From NCBI RefSeq assembly GCF_009914755.1, contig NC_060946.1: a stretch of DNA of 64,000 nt; one strand, 5' to 3'. Within the stretch, counting starts at the first letter, position 1. Each line of letters begins with the position of its first letter. This DNA is from the human T2T-CHM13v2.0 reference genome, Homo sapiens. The translations under genes were made by a program, and so were the position numbers. The notes under the pieces were generated by a model that had not been told where the DNA came from, made no database searches, and saw nothing but the letters and a program-made list of their open reading frames with translations. Shown one piece after another: positions 42,686 to 56,667 of the stretch.

Positions 42686-43124
42686 CAATTAACAATTCCT
42701 TTAAAGCAGGTTGCTTTCAAGAAGTGTTATAAAGGAATTTGGTTTGTCTTCATCTGGGAATGCCTTTATTTTCACTTCATTTTTTATATAGATCACAAGC
42801 TATAGAATTCTAGATTGGTAATTCTTCTCTTTCAGCATTTCAAAAATATTAGAGAACTAATGCTACAGAAATATATGTTACTACTGTATTAGTAGTACCA
42901 CATACTACTACTATTAGTAGTATTACATAAGTAGTAATATTATAGTACTAATATTATAATACTAAATATTATAGTACCAACATTAATAGTGCTATTATAG
43001 TTCTGGTCTCCATGATTTCTGATAAGAAACGTAGTCATCTGAATTATTGTTTCCCTTTAGGTAACATGTTGTTTTTCTCTGGCTTCTTTCAATATCTTTA
43101 TCTTTGCCTCCAGTTTCAGCAGTT

Positions 43125-43442
<318 letters not shown>

Positions 43443-45139
43443 CAGTTTCAGCAGTTTGAGTGTGATATATCTTTGTATGTGGATTTCTTTGCATGGATCC
43501 TGTTTAGGATTTAGTGAGCATCTTCAATCGGTAGGTTTAGCTTTTGCCACACTTGGGGAAATTTTAAGCCTTTATTTTTTCAAGTATTTTGTTACCATCA
43601 TGCTTTCTCTTCTCCTGTTTGGACTCTGATGATATGAATATTATACATTCTGTTTTGCTATAGTGCCACATGTATCTGAGGGTCTGTTTGTTATTTTTTT
43701 TTCAATCTTTTTCTCTCTCTGTTTTTTGTATTGGATAATTTCTACTGATGTGCCTTCACATTCACTGAATACTCCCTCTGTCATCTCCAATCTGCAGTGG
43801 AGTCCGTCCAGTGAGTTTTTCTTAAAAAATTCGATTATTATATTTTTCAATTTCTATGTGATTTTTTAATATATCTTCTATTTCTTAATAAGGCTTTCTT
43901 TTTTAAATTAATTTCAAACTTTTTTACAATTGTTAGAACGTTTGTGTAATGACTACATTAACGTCTTTGTCAGGTAATTCCAACATCTGTGACATCTGGG
44001 CATTGACATCTGTTGATTGTTTTCCCCATGGGAGTTAAGCATTTTCTGGTTCTTGGTATGCTGAATAATTTTGGACTGGATCTGAACATTTTGAACAGGA
44101 TATTATGCAACTTTGGGCCTTATTTAACTCCTATAGAAATTTTTTTTTTCCAGCAGGAAATCAATCTGGTTAGCTTCAGGTAGCAAGTTTCAAACCCTCT
44201 TCTGTGGACTGTGGTTCCAATATCAGTTCAGTTTTCAAACTTTGGTAGTGATATTTAAATACACCAGATGTCTGTACCACCCAGTGGTCAGTCTAAGAAC
44301 CTGGCGTGTGGTATGTTAGTTCAGTTCTGAGTTCATTAAGTATGCTGATTAGGATGAAATCCACGCAGGCACGGCTTGGATAAGAGTACAGAAATTCATG
44401 AACCACTTTATGCAGTCACTTCCTTGAGCTCCTCTGTTTTATGTCTCTGGCACTTTACATTTGCCTCAGACTCTCTTTTTCTTCCTCTAGCTGGAAAGTT
44501 TGGGGCTTTAGTTACCTTACTCTGTCATGCACTTAGCTGTGCCTGTATCCAGGGTTGAGCTGCAGGAAGACAAAGGAAAGGAGACTAATGTAAGACTCTT
44601 AATAGTAGGGACACTGGATGTGGAATATTTAGAAACTACAACTTTTCTGTAACTCTAGAAGGATTCTAATTTTTTAAAAGCAATCAGTGTTTGCCTCATC
44701 TCTTGAGTCATAGGTCCCCTCCCTCAGAATGTTGGCTCCTGTGACCTTCTGTAGAGGCCTCTGTTACCAACATTACAGGATGGTTTGTGGACTGGGTATG
44801 AGCAAACAGAGAGAAGGAAGAAATGGAGATCTCCACACTCCCTCTGAGTGTGAGCAGTTCTGTTTCCTGTGCTTGGAGCCGGAACTAGAAGGTCTCTTTT
44901 GGAGCTCAGTCTGTTCACACACATGCTCACTTCTCAATTTCAACCTGTATTGCATTCAGGTGGGGGGATACTGGAGGAAAAGCAATGGTAGACTCACCTT
45001 GGTTTGGTGGCATAAATTCCCATCTTCTCCAATCCACCTGCTGTGATTTACTTTTCAGAATCTTTAGGTGCTCCATGAATTCTGCGTTCAGTTGAAGTAA
45101 AGGGGGAGTGTGTTGTTTTCATCTTTTTTTTCTTACAAA

Positions 45140-45820
45140 TTTACCTCTTTAAAAACATTTTAATTATTATATATAATACATATAAGAAAAGTACACACAG
45201 TGTAAATATATTGTTGCATGAGTATAAATTGATAACTGCGAAGCAACCCCGCAGGTTAAGAAAGAAAATATGAATGGTAGTCCTGAAGCCTCCATGACAA
45301 CTCACTCCCTTTCTGCTAGAAGTAACCATTATCTTCTGATTTTATGGTAACTATTTCCTGACTTACCTTTTATTTACTGCCTGTACCATACCATAGTGTG
45401 ATTTAGTTATATCTTTTTGAACTTTATATAAATTAAATCATACTTTATGTAATCTTTTGTGTCTGGCCTCTTTTCATCATTGTTCATGAGATTCACCAGT
45501 GTTGTCTGCAGCTGCCATTAATTGATAATCACCTTTGTATTCCACTGAAAAAAATATATAACAATGGATTTATGCATTCACATGTTGATGGGCATTTGGG
45601 TTGTTTCTAGTTTGGGGCTGTTATGAACAATGCTTCTGTGACATTTTTATACATTTCTCTGGGAGTGCATGAGCTGGATTTCCCTGGAATAAATACTGAC
45701 CCAGTGGAGTTGCTGGGTCAAAGCATACATCTTCAGCATCAATAATAGTGGCAAGCTGTTTTCTCAAGTTTTGTTCCAATTTACACTCTTACCAGTAGAT
45801 GAGAATCCCTGTGGCTCCAC
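45140..45820 (-). mobile_element. L1ME/L1MB-type 3' region
   Basis: gttgatgggcatttgggttgtttctagtttggggctgttatgaacaatgct. Confidence 0.8.
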
Positions 45821-46407
45821 TGGGGCTGTGTCTTAGCCATGTTTGTACCTATCATGCATGACACAAATGATGTTCAATCTGCATTTGTTAAGCCATTGAA
45901 CTGACAGCTGGCTATGACTGTGTTATGTGTGACTGGGATGAAATTCTTTTGTTCAGATTTGGAAAAGCCTTGGGTTACGCTCTATTTTCATTAGAAAGGA
46001 ATTGAGGACATGTCATGACAATTATCTCCTGTGAAAAAATGTGCTCAAGAAAGCTAATGATGATTTGTGAAGGGCAATGAAGATGCTGGGTCTTTTGAAG
46101 ACTTTGATGGCATATCAAAGGCCATGATCTTGTTACTTGAGAGTGATAGGTGTGGTGGGAGGCCGTGGACAGAGGGATAATAGCAATATAAAAGAGGAAT
46201 TATTTCAAGAACCACAGGACAGGAAAGAAAAGAATAACTGAGTAAATTCCATGGTTAAGGAATAGCATGTGAGGCATTGGTTGTTGTGTGTCAAGAATTA
46301 CAATTCACTCCATCAAAGTGATGGCATTCAAGACTAGATGGAAAGAATTCAAACTGTGCAGTGTTGGAACAGATGAAACCACTCCATTTCTGGACTCCAA
46401 TTTTGGG

Positions 46408-46525
46408 CATTGACTTTGTCTTTTAAACTATTTTAAACAAATGAATCTGAAAAATCTTCAAAACCTGGGTGACAGGTTAATATGTAGGGATAATCTCATG
46501 GTCTTACAAGGGTAAACTACAAAAT
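46408..46525 (+). repeat. 118-bp donor segment duplicated at 48676-48793
   Basis: Ungapped alignment, 8 mismatches. Confidence 0.95.
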
Positions 46526-46679
46526 ATATAAAATCCTTCTGAATCTGGTTCAGATGAAAAAGTTGCTATGAGAAATAGGATATTCAGAATTAAGTGAAAA
46601 TTATCTTGGAAACTCACTGAAGAGGTAAGTTTTTGGACAACAAAATCAAATCCATTCAATGTAGCAGCTGGATTAAATA

Positions 46680-46930
46680 ATGACAGTAAACATTTATTAT
46701 TATTACATTTATTTTAAATGCCAAGCTCTGTCTGGGTGCTTTATGTGGATTTTCTCAATGAATCCTCACAAAAACTCTATGAGGTTGAAAATATTATCCC
46801 TATTTTACAAATTGGGGAAGCGAGGCAAAGAGGGGTTTGAGTGACTTGCTCAAGATCACACGGCCAGTTAATGTTACCGGGGAACAAAATATAGGCAAAG
46901 AGATCCCAGAGCCTACATTCTACTCTTTCT
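46680..46930 (-). mobile_element. MIR
   Basis: aatcctcacaaaaactctatgagg...gtgacttgctcaagatcacacggccag. Confidence 0.85.
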
Positions 46931-47319
46931 TTTTTCAATTTGACTTCATTTATTGAGATATTGCATACAGCCAATGGAAGTAAGGATCTACTTGCTTATC
47001 TCACAGAACAACCAAATCACTAAGAAACATGATGAAGACTTTTATTTTAAATCCGAAGGTTAAAAATAGTGATTTGTGCTGTCTTTGGATATTACCCTTA
47101 TGAAATGAGAATAAAGTTAAGGTTTTTTAAAGAATAAACTTCAGAATTGCAATTTTACGATATATGTTTGGCACTGAAATCTAGTACATGATTAAGAACA
47201 GACTCTGGAGTCAAACCCTTTGGGTTCAATGCCCAACCCTGCCATCTACTACCTCTGGTGACCTTGGGTGAATTTTATGACCTTTCTATGCCTCAGTCTC
47301 CTCATCTGTAAGATTGGGA

Positions 47320-47826
47320 TGTTGGGGCTCAGAAATGAAGGCACCCCCAAAATGAAGGCATGAGAAGCAAAATTCTTCTCTGACCTTCTCCTGTTCTCCA
47401 GTTCTCAATCTCATTTTCCCCTGAGGCTAGTCATAGAAAGTAGAATCTCTCTTTCCCAAGGCAGGTCATAGAAACCAGAACCCCTTTTCTCCAAAGCCAG
47501 CCATATAATAGAAAATTATTACTCTAATTTTTCCTCCTCCTTTCTATGCAAAAACTATTCATAAATTATCTGATCTACTTGTTTGATTGTAGGACATAAG
47601 ACCCCCATTCCAGGGAAGGCCCTGCCCTATAGCCAGAAAGATGCAATGCATGGTCAGCAAAGCCAAGGAGAATCTAGACAGACAGGCCTTTCTGGGTTCC
47701 CCAACCCAGTCTACTGCATTAGATCATAGCCTTTTTGTCCAGTCATATTTCTACAGGGCTATTCATTCGTTATTGAAGCTAAGCATAAAAATGGACAATT
47801 TCTTCCATATCTTTGGGTCTTCATTT
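47320..47826 (+). mobile_element. ERV1 LTR (LTR48/LTR49-like), 3'-truncated, inserted in a MIR (about 47190-47319)
   Basis: tgttggggctcagaaa...ccccaaaatgaaggc...aatctagacagacaggcct...ctttgggtcttcatt. Confidence 0.7.
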
Positions 47827-47955
47827 TTTTTTTTTAATTATACTTTAAGTTCTGGGATACATGTGCAGAATGTGAGGTTTGTTACATAGGTATACATGTG
47901 GCATGGTGGTTTGCTGTACCCATCAACCCATCATCTACATTAAGTATTTCTCCTA
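47824..47955 (-). mobile_element. L1PA 3' tip
   Basis: Poly-T then attatactttaagttctgggatacatgtgcagaa. Confidence 0.93.
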
Positions 47956-47969
47956 GGCTTTCTACTCTT

Positions 47970-49460
47970 TTTTTTCCTGGTTTTAAATATTAATATGTAT
48001 ACAGTAAAACTCATTTTATTTTGCTGTTCAGTTGATGAGTTTTAACACATATATAGATTTGTATAGCCACCTTCACAATTGTGACACAGAACTGCCTCAT
48101 CATCTCAACATTCTCTCTTATGGTGTTCCTTCACAGTCCCACCCTTCCCTGACCCCTTGTTTTTGATTACCACTTTAAGTTGTTTTTTTCCAGAAAGTTG
48201 TATAAATGGAATCTTATAATGTGGAACCTTTTCAGATTGGCTTATTTCACTTAGTATAACGCCTTGAGATTCATCTAATATTGTGACTGCAACTGTTTTT
48301 TTTTTTTTTTTAAGTTCTGGTTGGTGTTCTGTTGTGTGGATGGACCACAGTTTGTTCATTCATTCTTTTGTGAAGGACATTTTTGTTGTCTCCAGTTTTG
48401 GGCAATTTTGAAGGAAGCTGTGATAAATATGCATGTACAGGTTTTTGGCTGAACATATTTTCATTTCCCTAGGGTAAATATTAAGAGCGTGATTTCTTGG
48501 TGAGGTGGTATATGTTTAGAACTTTATAAGAAATTGCCAAAATGTTTTCCTGAGTGGTTATATTATTTTTCATTCCTATGAGCGATGCACAAAATATCCA
48601 ATTGTCTCACATCCCCACCAGCACTTAGTAGTGTCAAATTTTTAAAAAATGTTTTATGTTAGCCGTTCTCGTGGACATTGACTTTGTCTCTTAAACTAGT
48701 ATAAACAAATGAATGTGAAAAATCTTCAAAACCTGGGCGACAGGTTAATAAGTAGGGATAATCTCATGGTCTTACAAAAGTAAACTACAAAATGTGTAGG
48801 TGTGTCTCATGATTTTAATTTGCATTTTGCTAATGACCAATGCTGTTAAGCATTTTTTCATGTGCTTATTTGCCATCTAAATATCTTCTTTGACAAAGTG
48901 TTTGTTCAAATCTTTTGCTCATTTTCATAAATTGGGTTTTTTCCTCTTGGTGAGTTTTTAAGAGTTTTTTAATATATTCTAAATACATTTTTTTGTATGA
49001 TACGTGATTTGCAAATATTTTCTCCTGGTCTCCAGTTTATTATTTCATTTCTTAACACTGCCTTCAATGGATCAAAAATTTTTAGTTTTAATGTAGTATA
49101 ATTTTTCAATTTATTATTTTATGGATCATGCTTTTGCTATCGTGTCTAAAAATGTTTTGCCTAACCAAAGTCCAAGATGGTTTGCTACAGTGTTTCTTTG
49201 GGGCTTTATATGATTATGTTTTTCATATATATATATTTATGTATATAATCTATTCTGAGTTAACCTTTTATAAGGTAAAAGATATAGTTCAATGTTTATT
49301 TTCTTACATATGGATACTTAATTGTTCCAGTTCCATTTGTTGAAAAGACTATTATTTGCATTGTCCTTGAAACTGGAATTGAAGAAATCCGCATAAATCT
49401 ACTCACATTTTGTCAAAAACCAGATGACCGTATTTGTGCACATCAATTTCTGGACTCTTA
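47970..49460 (-). mobile_element. L1MB/MC-type 3' region
   Basis: ttttaatttgcatt...gcattttttcatgtgcttatttgccatc...tttgcaaatattttctcc. Confidence 0.88.
48676..48793 (+). repeat. 118-bp copy of 46408-46525 inserted into the L1
   Basis: L1 sequence ttagccgttct resumes as gtgtaggtgtgtctcat after the insert. Confidence 0.95.
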
Positions 49461-49462
49461 TT

Positions 49463-49590
49463 TTAGGGGTTGGCAAAGTTCTTAAATGGCTACATAGTAA
49501 ATATTTTAGGTGTGTGGGCCATGAAGTCTCTGTTGTGTGAAAGTAGAAACAGACAATAGATTTAGGAATGGGAGGGGCTGTGTTGAACAT
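49463..49590. mobile_element. MER58-like hAT MITE fragment
   Basis: aggggttggcaaa...atagtaaatattttagg...gtgggccat. Confidence 0.7.
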
Positions 49591-49736
49591 GGGAATTGAG
49601 AAAAAGGGAAGAGTTGAAGGCAACCCTGAGATTACCTTTTAACTTAAAGTTATTTGAGCTTTCTGTTGCTGGAATTCTGGATAAAGAGTAGTTAACCATA
49701 TCAGCCACCTATGTGTCCTCTTCCACAATACATAGG

Positions 49737-50225
<489 letters not shown>

Positions 50226-50229
50226 ACTG

Positions 50230-50651
50230 CCCAGTGAATGCACCGTACCATGTTTTCTGCCCTGGGGCATCTCTAGATTTGTGGCATGGGATTGTAGGAT
50301 GCTTGTGGCAAATGTGCCTGGCATTCAAACATGTGCTACCTGGAAGTGCAAGGCAATTAGTACCCCCATGGCATGGCAGACTTTTGAACCCTAGGGGATA
50401 TGAGCTGGTGAACAAATGTTGGTGGACAATTCTGAGATGCATTCTCCAGTTCTCCTCTGAAGGTCCCAGGGGAATTGTGCCCCAGTTGTCCGCTGTGGCA
50501 ACCAACTTGATATCACACATCATGCCCTTGTTCTGTGTTTCATTATCTACAGCCTCCCATTCTGCTCCCGGGATCACTTTCCAAAACAAACTGCCTGCAC
50601 ACAAGTCCTTGACTCAGGGTTTGCTTTCCAAGGGGAACTCAGTCTAAGGCA
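50230..50651 (+). mobile_element. ERVL LTR16-like
   Basis: ggatcactttccaaaacaaactgcctgcacacaagtcct...gggaactcagtctaaggca. Confidence 0.7.
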
Positions 50652-50989
50652 TTTGCTGTGGTTCTCAATCTCTTCCTCTATCTCAATCAGTGAAACATCC
50701 TAATAGTTACCTAGCATGAGAAACACAGAGTTCCTTAGACTTGGTGGGCAGGGATTAAGTATTATTCATTTTTGTACTCACTGCACACATGCTAGTGGCT
50801 GACGTGTAGTGGTGTTCAGAAAATTACGAAGATATGAAACAGTTAAAGTATTTTTAGACTTATTAAATGAGAGTCGGTAGACAGGAATGAGCAGGAGTGA
50901 GTGGCAGATGTGCAAGTCTGGGTGGAGAGAGAAGGCTAGCTTGCATGCAACCAGTCGAGCACCAAGCAAGATGGCAGCTAACAAAATGT

Positions 50990-51580
50990 TCATTAAGATT
51001 TGAGGCTATGGAGGTCTCAGTTGGAATCCAAACTCCACCATTTCTTAGCTTTGTGGCTGGGGGCAAGTTTCCCTTTACACTTTGCTTCCCACATCCGTAA
51101 AATAGAAGAATAGTAATATCCACTTCATTGAGCCAAAAGTGTAAGGATGTATAGAAAGCACCTAGCATGTGTCTTAGCATATAATAGGTATTTGAGAAAG
51201 GTTAATTCCTTCTGTGTCCGGCCACTTACTCATCAAGGGTGCAGTGGCAGGAGGTTGGAATGCAGGACATCTAAGATTTATTTCACTTGCAGTACTGTAG
51301 GAGATTGTGATGGTAGCCAGGTACAGGTTATTAACAATAATGAAAATAAGAATGCTTATCTGTAGTAGCTAATGTTAATATAGTGCTTGGTAATGCCAGG
51401 CACTGTTCCAAGATATATATTTGATTCTAATTTAATTCTCAAGCTACTGTATGAGATAGAGCACAGTATACAGTACTTCCAATTTTACAAATGATAAAAC
51501 CAAGGCACAGAGAGGGTAAGTGACTTGATCAAAATCACACAGCTAGTAATAGGTGGAGCTAGGATTGAAGTGAGGCAGTC
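50990..51580. mobile_element. Two MIRs in opposite orientation (plus about 50990-51210; minus about 51330-51580)
   Basis: gtggctgggggcaagttt...; ttttacaaatgataaaaccaaggcacagagagggtaagtgacttg. Confidence 0.8.
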
Positions 51581-52884
51581 TTTCTCTTAATATTGTGCCG
51601 TCTTTCTGAGAGTTGACTGCTGTTCCTCTCAGCACTTAGACTAGTGTGGTGCATTACAGGAACTACAGTTTGTACAGCAATTTTACATGTATCATTTCTT
51701 TGAGCATTACAAGTGGGGAAAGGGAAGAGTGTTACAATATCTCCTATGGAAGATATGTACAAAAAATAGCTTTTTCCATAGCTGGTATGTTCACTCCACT
51801 TGACCCCACTCCATATTGTTAAATGCCTCACACTGAATGAGCTGTATACTGAGCTATGTAGAAGTGAGGAGGACATTACCTCTACCAATAAGGAGCTGCC
51901 TCTACCCTTAAGAAGGGTGGAAGGGTGAACACATGCACAGAGAAAAGCTGTGTTTAAGTTGTGGAGGTCATCGTGTGGGGAGAGCACAGCAGGAGGAAGT
52001 CGACCATGCCTGGGAGGTCTGGGGTGGGTTCCAGAGGAGGCCACCATCATGCTGGTATCTCCAATGCCACCCTTCTTCCTCATCAGCTCTCTGTTATTGA
52101 AATTGCTCTCTTAACCTCTTCGCCTTCCCCCAAAGAAGGACAGGTAGAGAGAGAGAGAGATTATAGCCTGAACATGTCAATACGTAAGAGCTTAAAATGA
52201 GAATTACTGGTGTTTGCACAAAGCATTTGCCTCTTGTTCATCCTTGCTATTTATTTGAAAAGTTGCCCCAAAGAATGTCAGGTTGTGGAATGAGTAAGAC
52301 TGAGATGCCCAGGCGTTGCTTGGCCCCTTTTGGTTATTTGTGTACATGGGAAATGCGGAAATCTAATGAAAAGTCTTTTGTTTTAAATTGGTCTGTTTGC
52401 TGTATCTGAAATGGATAGATTATGCTGCTGGCTTAATACAGAAAAAAATCTGTCTCTGTACTCCTCTCACAGGGCCTTGGTGTCACTGTTTCCTTTTCCA
52501 TGAAAGGCAGGGGGCAGGTAGACAAAAGCAAGAGGTGACTGAACCCTGCTCAGGGGAGTCCTTTTTCTACCACTATTTTCTTGATGGGGACTTTCAACAG
52601 CACCTCCAGACCTTTTACACCTCCTACCTCCAGAGTGATGGAGTGAATGATCCGGTTGGGGACCACATTTCTGCTTAGATGAATGTAGCAAAGGGGACTA
52701 ATTTGATCTCTCTCTCCTTCCTCCTCCACATGATCAATAGAAGACAAATGCCTGGGTAAATGCCTCTGCTCCTCAGACGCAAACATCCTGCTGATGTGCT
52801 GGTCCTAGTTCTGGATTGGGAGGTTAGAAGATAATTGATCCATGTAACAATCCCGCCTGAACCCAGATCTCCCAACGTGGGTTT

Positions 52885-53270
52885 TGTGCCAGATGACTTT
52901 TGTTTGCCCCTTCAGGTTCATTTCCTACCCTTTTCTATTCTTGTTGCATTCCAAACTACATCCTGCATCAACAGACTACTTTGCCCTCTGGTTTCAGACT
53001 GGGGAATTCTGGAAGGAGATTAAAAGGCAGGAGGAGAGTAAGGTCAGGGTATTTATTCCCTCAGCTCTCTCTCTCTCTGCCTGTCACCGTTGGTCGGCTG
53101 AGTCTCTTAACTGGAGTCTGTGGCTCTATCAGGTAACCACTCCCTCCCCTGGTCCTTTCCCTCCCAGGCATAGTAACAGCTTCTAATGTAACTGGGTCTG
53201 GTTGCTTTTCCTAAACCTTTCCCACACCCTTGGAAATAGTCACTTCATTAAACTCTCCTCTGTAACTTAG
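52885..53270 (+). mobile_element. ERVL LTR33-like
   Basis: ttgccctctggtttc...ggaggagagtaaggtcagggtatttattccc...cttcattaaactctc. Confidence 0.65.
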
Positions 53271-53292
53271 CCTGACTGGTTAGCTTCCATCA

Positions 53293-53796
53293 GTGGGACA
53301 GATGGCATTTTCCCAATATAGCTACACCCATCTATATCTCATCCCACATGTGCCCCTAAAATGTGATCTTGAGACTCCTCCAACAAGAGGTGGGAAGTCT
53401 GTGTTCCTTTCCATTAAATCTGGGTAGGACTATGAAAATAGCAGAAACGATGCCACGTGACTTCCAAGGCTAAGTCATAAAAGACAATATGCCTTCTACT
53501 TTGTCCTCTGAGGCTGCTTGCTTTTGACCCCAGCCAGCATATGGAGACAACAGGTATCAGTGTCCTGGCCATAGGTCCCAGCTGACAACAGCATCAACTG
53601 CCAGGTATGTGAACAGATGATTCTAGCTCTCAAACTTTGAGCTGCTGTAAATGATGCAGAGTAGAGCAGCACTAACCTGTCCCCAGCCACCATCTGGGCC
53701 CGTACAAATGGCAGCTTTATGGGCAAAATAAATATATATTTTTAAAAGCCACTCAAGTTTATAGTGGTTTGTCATATAGCAATAGATAACCAGATA
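53293..53796 (+). mobile_element. MLT1G/H-like solo LTR
   Basis: gtgacttccaaggctaagtcataaaag...gtggtttgtcatatagcaatagataaccaga. Confidence 0.8.
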
Positions 53797-54508
53797 GTCA
53801 GCAATAAAGTTAATATTTGACCTCTATTTCTATTCTTGTGTTTTATTTCCCTCCTTGTTTAGAAATCTGGGCAGGGAGGAAAAGCAGATTTATTGGGTGG
53901 CCTCAAAGATGCCAACATTCACCTGCTGCATTCCAGTCCCTCTAATGGAGATTTTACAATGTCTCCTCACGTATCCCTCACCACAAACCCAGGTGGGAGG
54001 TATTATTGTCCACATCTCCCAAGCCAAGAGATTATGGAGGCAGGTGAAAGATGAAGTAACCAATCCAAGGTCAGTCTGAGAGTCAGTGAAAGAGTCTGAG
54101 GTGTAACCTAGGTTGGCAAAACTCCAAATCCCGTGTTCCTCATATGGTGCAAAGCCATTTTATCTTCTTATAATATTGTTATAAGAAGTGCTATTCTCCA
54201 TTGTGACTTGCTCACCAGGTTTTGGTCTGTAGAGTCTGTATCCTTTTCATTTTGAAGGGAAAGGAATACTTTCTGATGTCCTGGCTGTCGTTTATTGAAT
54301 CCTGTTTCATCAAGTCGCTGTGTGATGCTCTTGGAGTGTGTTATCCCACTGGGCATCTCTGCTTTCCCAAGTGGCCCCTCAGAACCTCAGGCTCTCAATG
54401 TTCTTTATACACACTGATGGTGTGCTCCTTGAGGGCAGAAGCTATGACAATTTGTTCTATACCTCCACCTAGTGCCTACAGTTTCACTAACTGCTTAACA
54501 AGAATCTA

Positions 54509-54815
<307 letters not shown>

Positions 54816-55228
54816 AACAATCTGCAGAATGTCTGAATGCATGTTTGTTTTCATCAGGTAAAAGGTTTGATTTTGGCATTCTTTCCTTCTTTCATTTATC
54901 ATCTGAAGGCCTCCTCCATCATTGTATCTGACCTCTAGGCAGACAGAATTTCCCATGCTGGGGACATGTGCTTCATTCTTGGGCCAGAGAGCCCATCCTG
55001 CCTGGTGTATAAGCTACAGTTTGCTGACTCCATAGTCCCAAAGTATCCGTCACTCACCAGCTTTGAATCTAATTTTTAGTCTTTTTCACCTTTTCAATGA
55101 CTGTCTCCACTATACCAAACTGCTGCTAGAGGAGTTTTCCTAAAAAACACTCATTTGATAAGTGTATTGTCCTGCTTAATCTGCCATAGCCCGTTAGTTT
55201 CTGCAAGATACACCCATCACTTGCCACA

Positions 55229-55784
55229 TGTATTAGGATTCTCTAGAGGGACAGAACTAATAGGATATATGTATATATGAAAGGGAGTTTATTAAGGAGA
55301 ATTGACTGACAGGATCACAAGGTAAAGTCCCACAATAGGCCATCTGCAAGCTGAGGAGCAAGGAAACCAGTGGTGGATCAGTCTGAGTCTCAAAACCTCA
55401 AAAGTAGGGAAGCTGACAGTGCAGCCTTCAGTCTGTGGCCAAAGGCTCAAGATTCCCCGGCAAACCACTGGTGTAAGTCCAAGAGTCCAAAAGCTGAAGA
55501 ACTTGGAGTCTGATGTTCGAGGGCAGGAAGCATCCAGCACGGGAGAAAGATGAAGGCTGGAAGACTCAGCAAGTCTGCTCTTTCCTCTTTCTTCTTCCTG
55601 CTTTATTCTAGCCCCACTGGCTGCTGATTAGATGGTGCCAACCCAGATTAAGGGTGGGTCTGCCTCTCCCAGTCCACTGATTCTTATGTTAATCTCCTTT
55701 GGCAACACCCTCACATACACACCCAGGAAAAATACTTTGCATCCTTCAATCCAATCAAGTTGAGACCCAATATTAACCATCACA
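55229..55784 (-). mobile_element. MLT2A-like ERVL solo LTR, inside a plus-strand L2 (about 55030-56140)
   Basis: tgtattaggattctctagagggacagaactaatagga...caatccaatcaagttga...ttaaccatcaca; flanks CCACA/GCACA. Confidence 0.92.
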
Positions 55785-56311
55785 GCACACATAAGATCCT
55801 TCATGAACCCTCTAATGCTCTCTGGAGTCAAGGGCACACAGGGCTTCTCATCATGGCCCTGACAAAAACCTGACCCTCCGTGATTTTATGACTTTGTTCT
55901 TGCTGTAACGTTCTCATCCTTTCTTCTCTGCCTGGTGAGTTCCTCAGCTTAAATGTTACCTCTATTGTGATGCCTAACTCCACCAGGCAGGTAAGCTCTT
56001 CTCCACTCTGTATATTCGCAGCATTTTGTTCATGACTCTTTTCTAGTACTTAGCATATTGTTTAGTCACTTGTGTGTTTACATGTCTTATGCCCCCATTA
56101 GTGTGCAAGCTGTTTGAGGGCCAAGATTGGGGTTTTGTTATTAATGAAGCTGGATGATCCTGCTTCTGCTATGAACCATAATTTCATAGTAATTAAGAGT
56201 TAAAACTTTGGAATCAAATTACCTGAGCTGAAAACCCGGTTCTAGCCTATACTTACTGGCTCTGAGACCAAAGAAATTTACTTAACTTCTTTAAGCCTCA
56301 ATTTTACATCA

Positions 56312-56667
56312 TTTTCTTTTCTTTTTTCTTTTCCTTCCTTCCTTCTATTTTTTTCTTCTCTCTCTCTCTTTTTTTTTTTTTTAGAGATATGGTCTTGCTC
56401 TGTCACCCAAGCTTAAGTCTGATGATGGGATCCTAGCTCACTGCAGCCTTGAACTCTTAAACTCAAGCAATTCTTCTGCCTCATCCTTTCAAGTAGCTGA
56501 GACTACAGGTGTATGCCATCATACTCGGCTAATTTTTTTTTTTTTTATAGAGATTGGTGGGGGGGTCTCACTATGTTGCCCAGGCTGGTCTTGAACTCCC
56601 GGCCTCAAGTGATCCTCCTATCAGTCTCCCAAAGTGCTGGGATTGCAGGCATGAGCCACTTTTTCGG
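56312..56667 (-). mobile_element. AluJ inside a MIR
   Basis: gctcactgcagccttgaactc, tctcactatgttgcccaggctgg; CT-rich tail. Confidence 0.93.

Noticed and set aside
45940-46680. Purine-rich stretch faintly resembling an ancient CR1/L3-type ORF
   Set aside because: Similarity is too weak to call by eye and there is no open frame; needs a Dfam HMM search.
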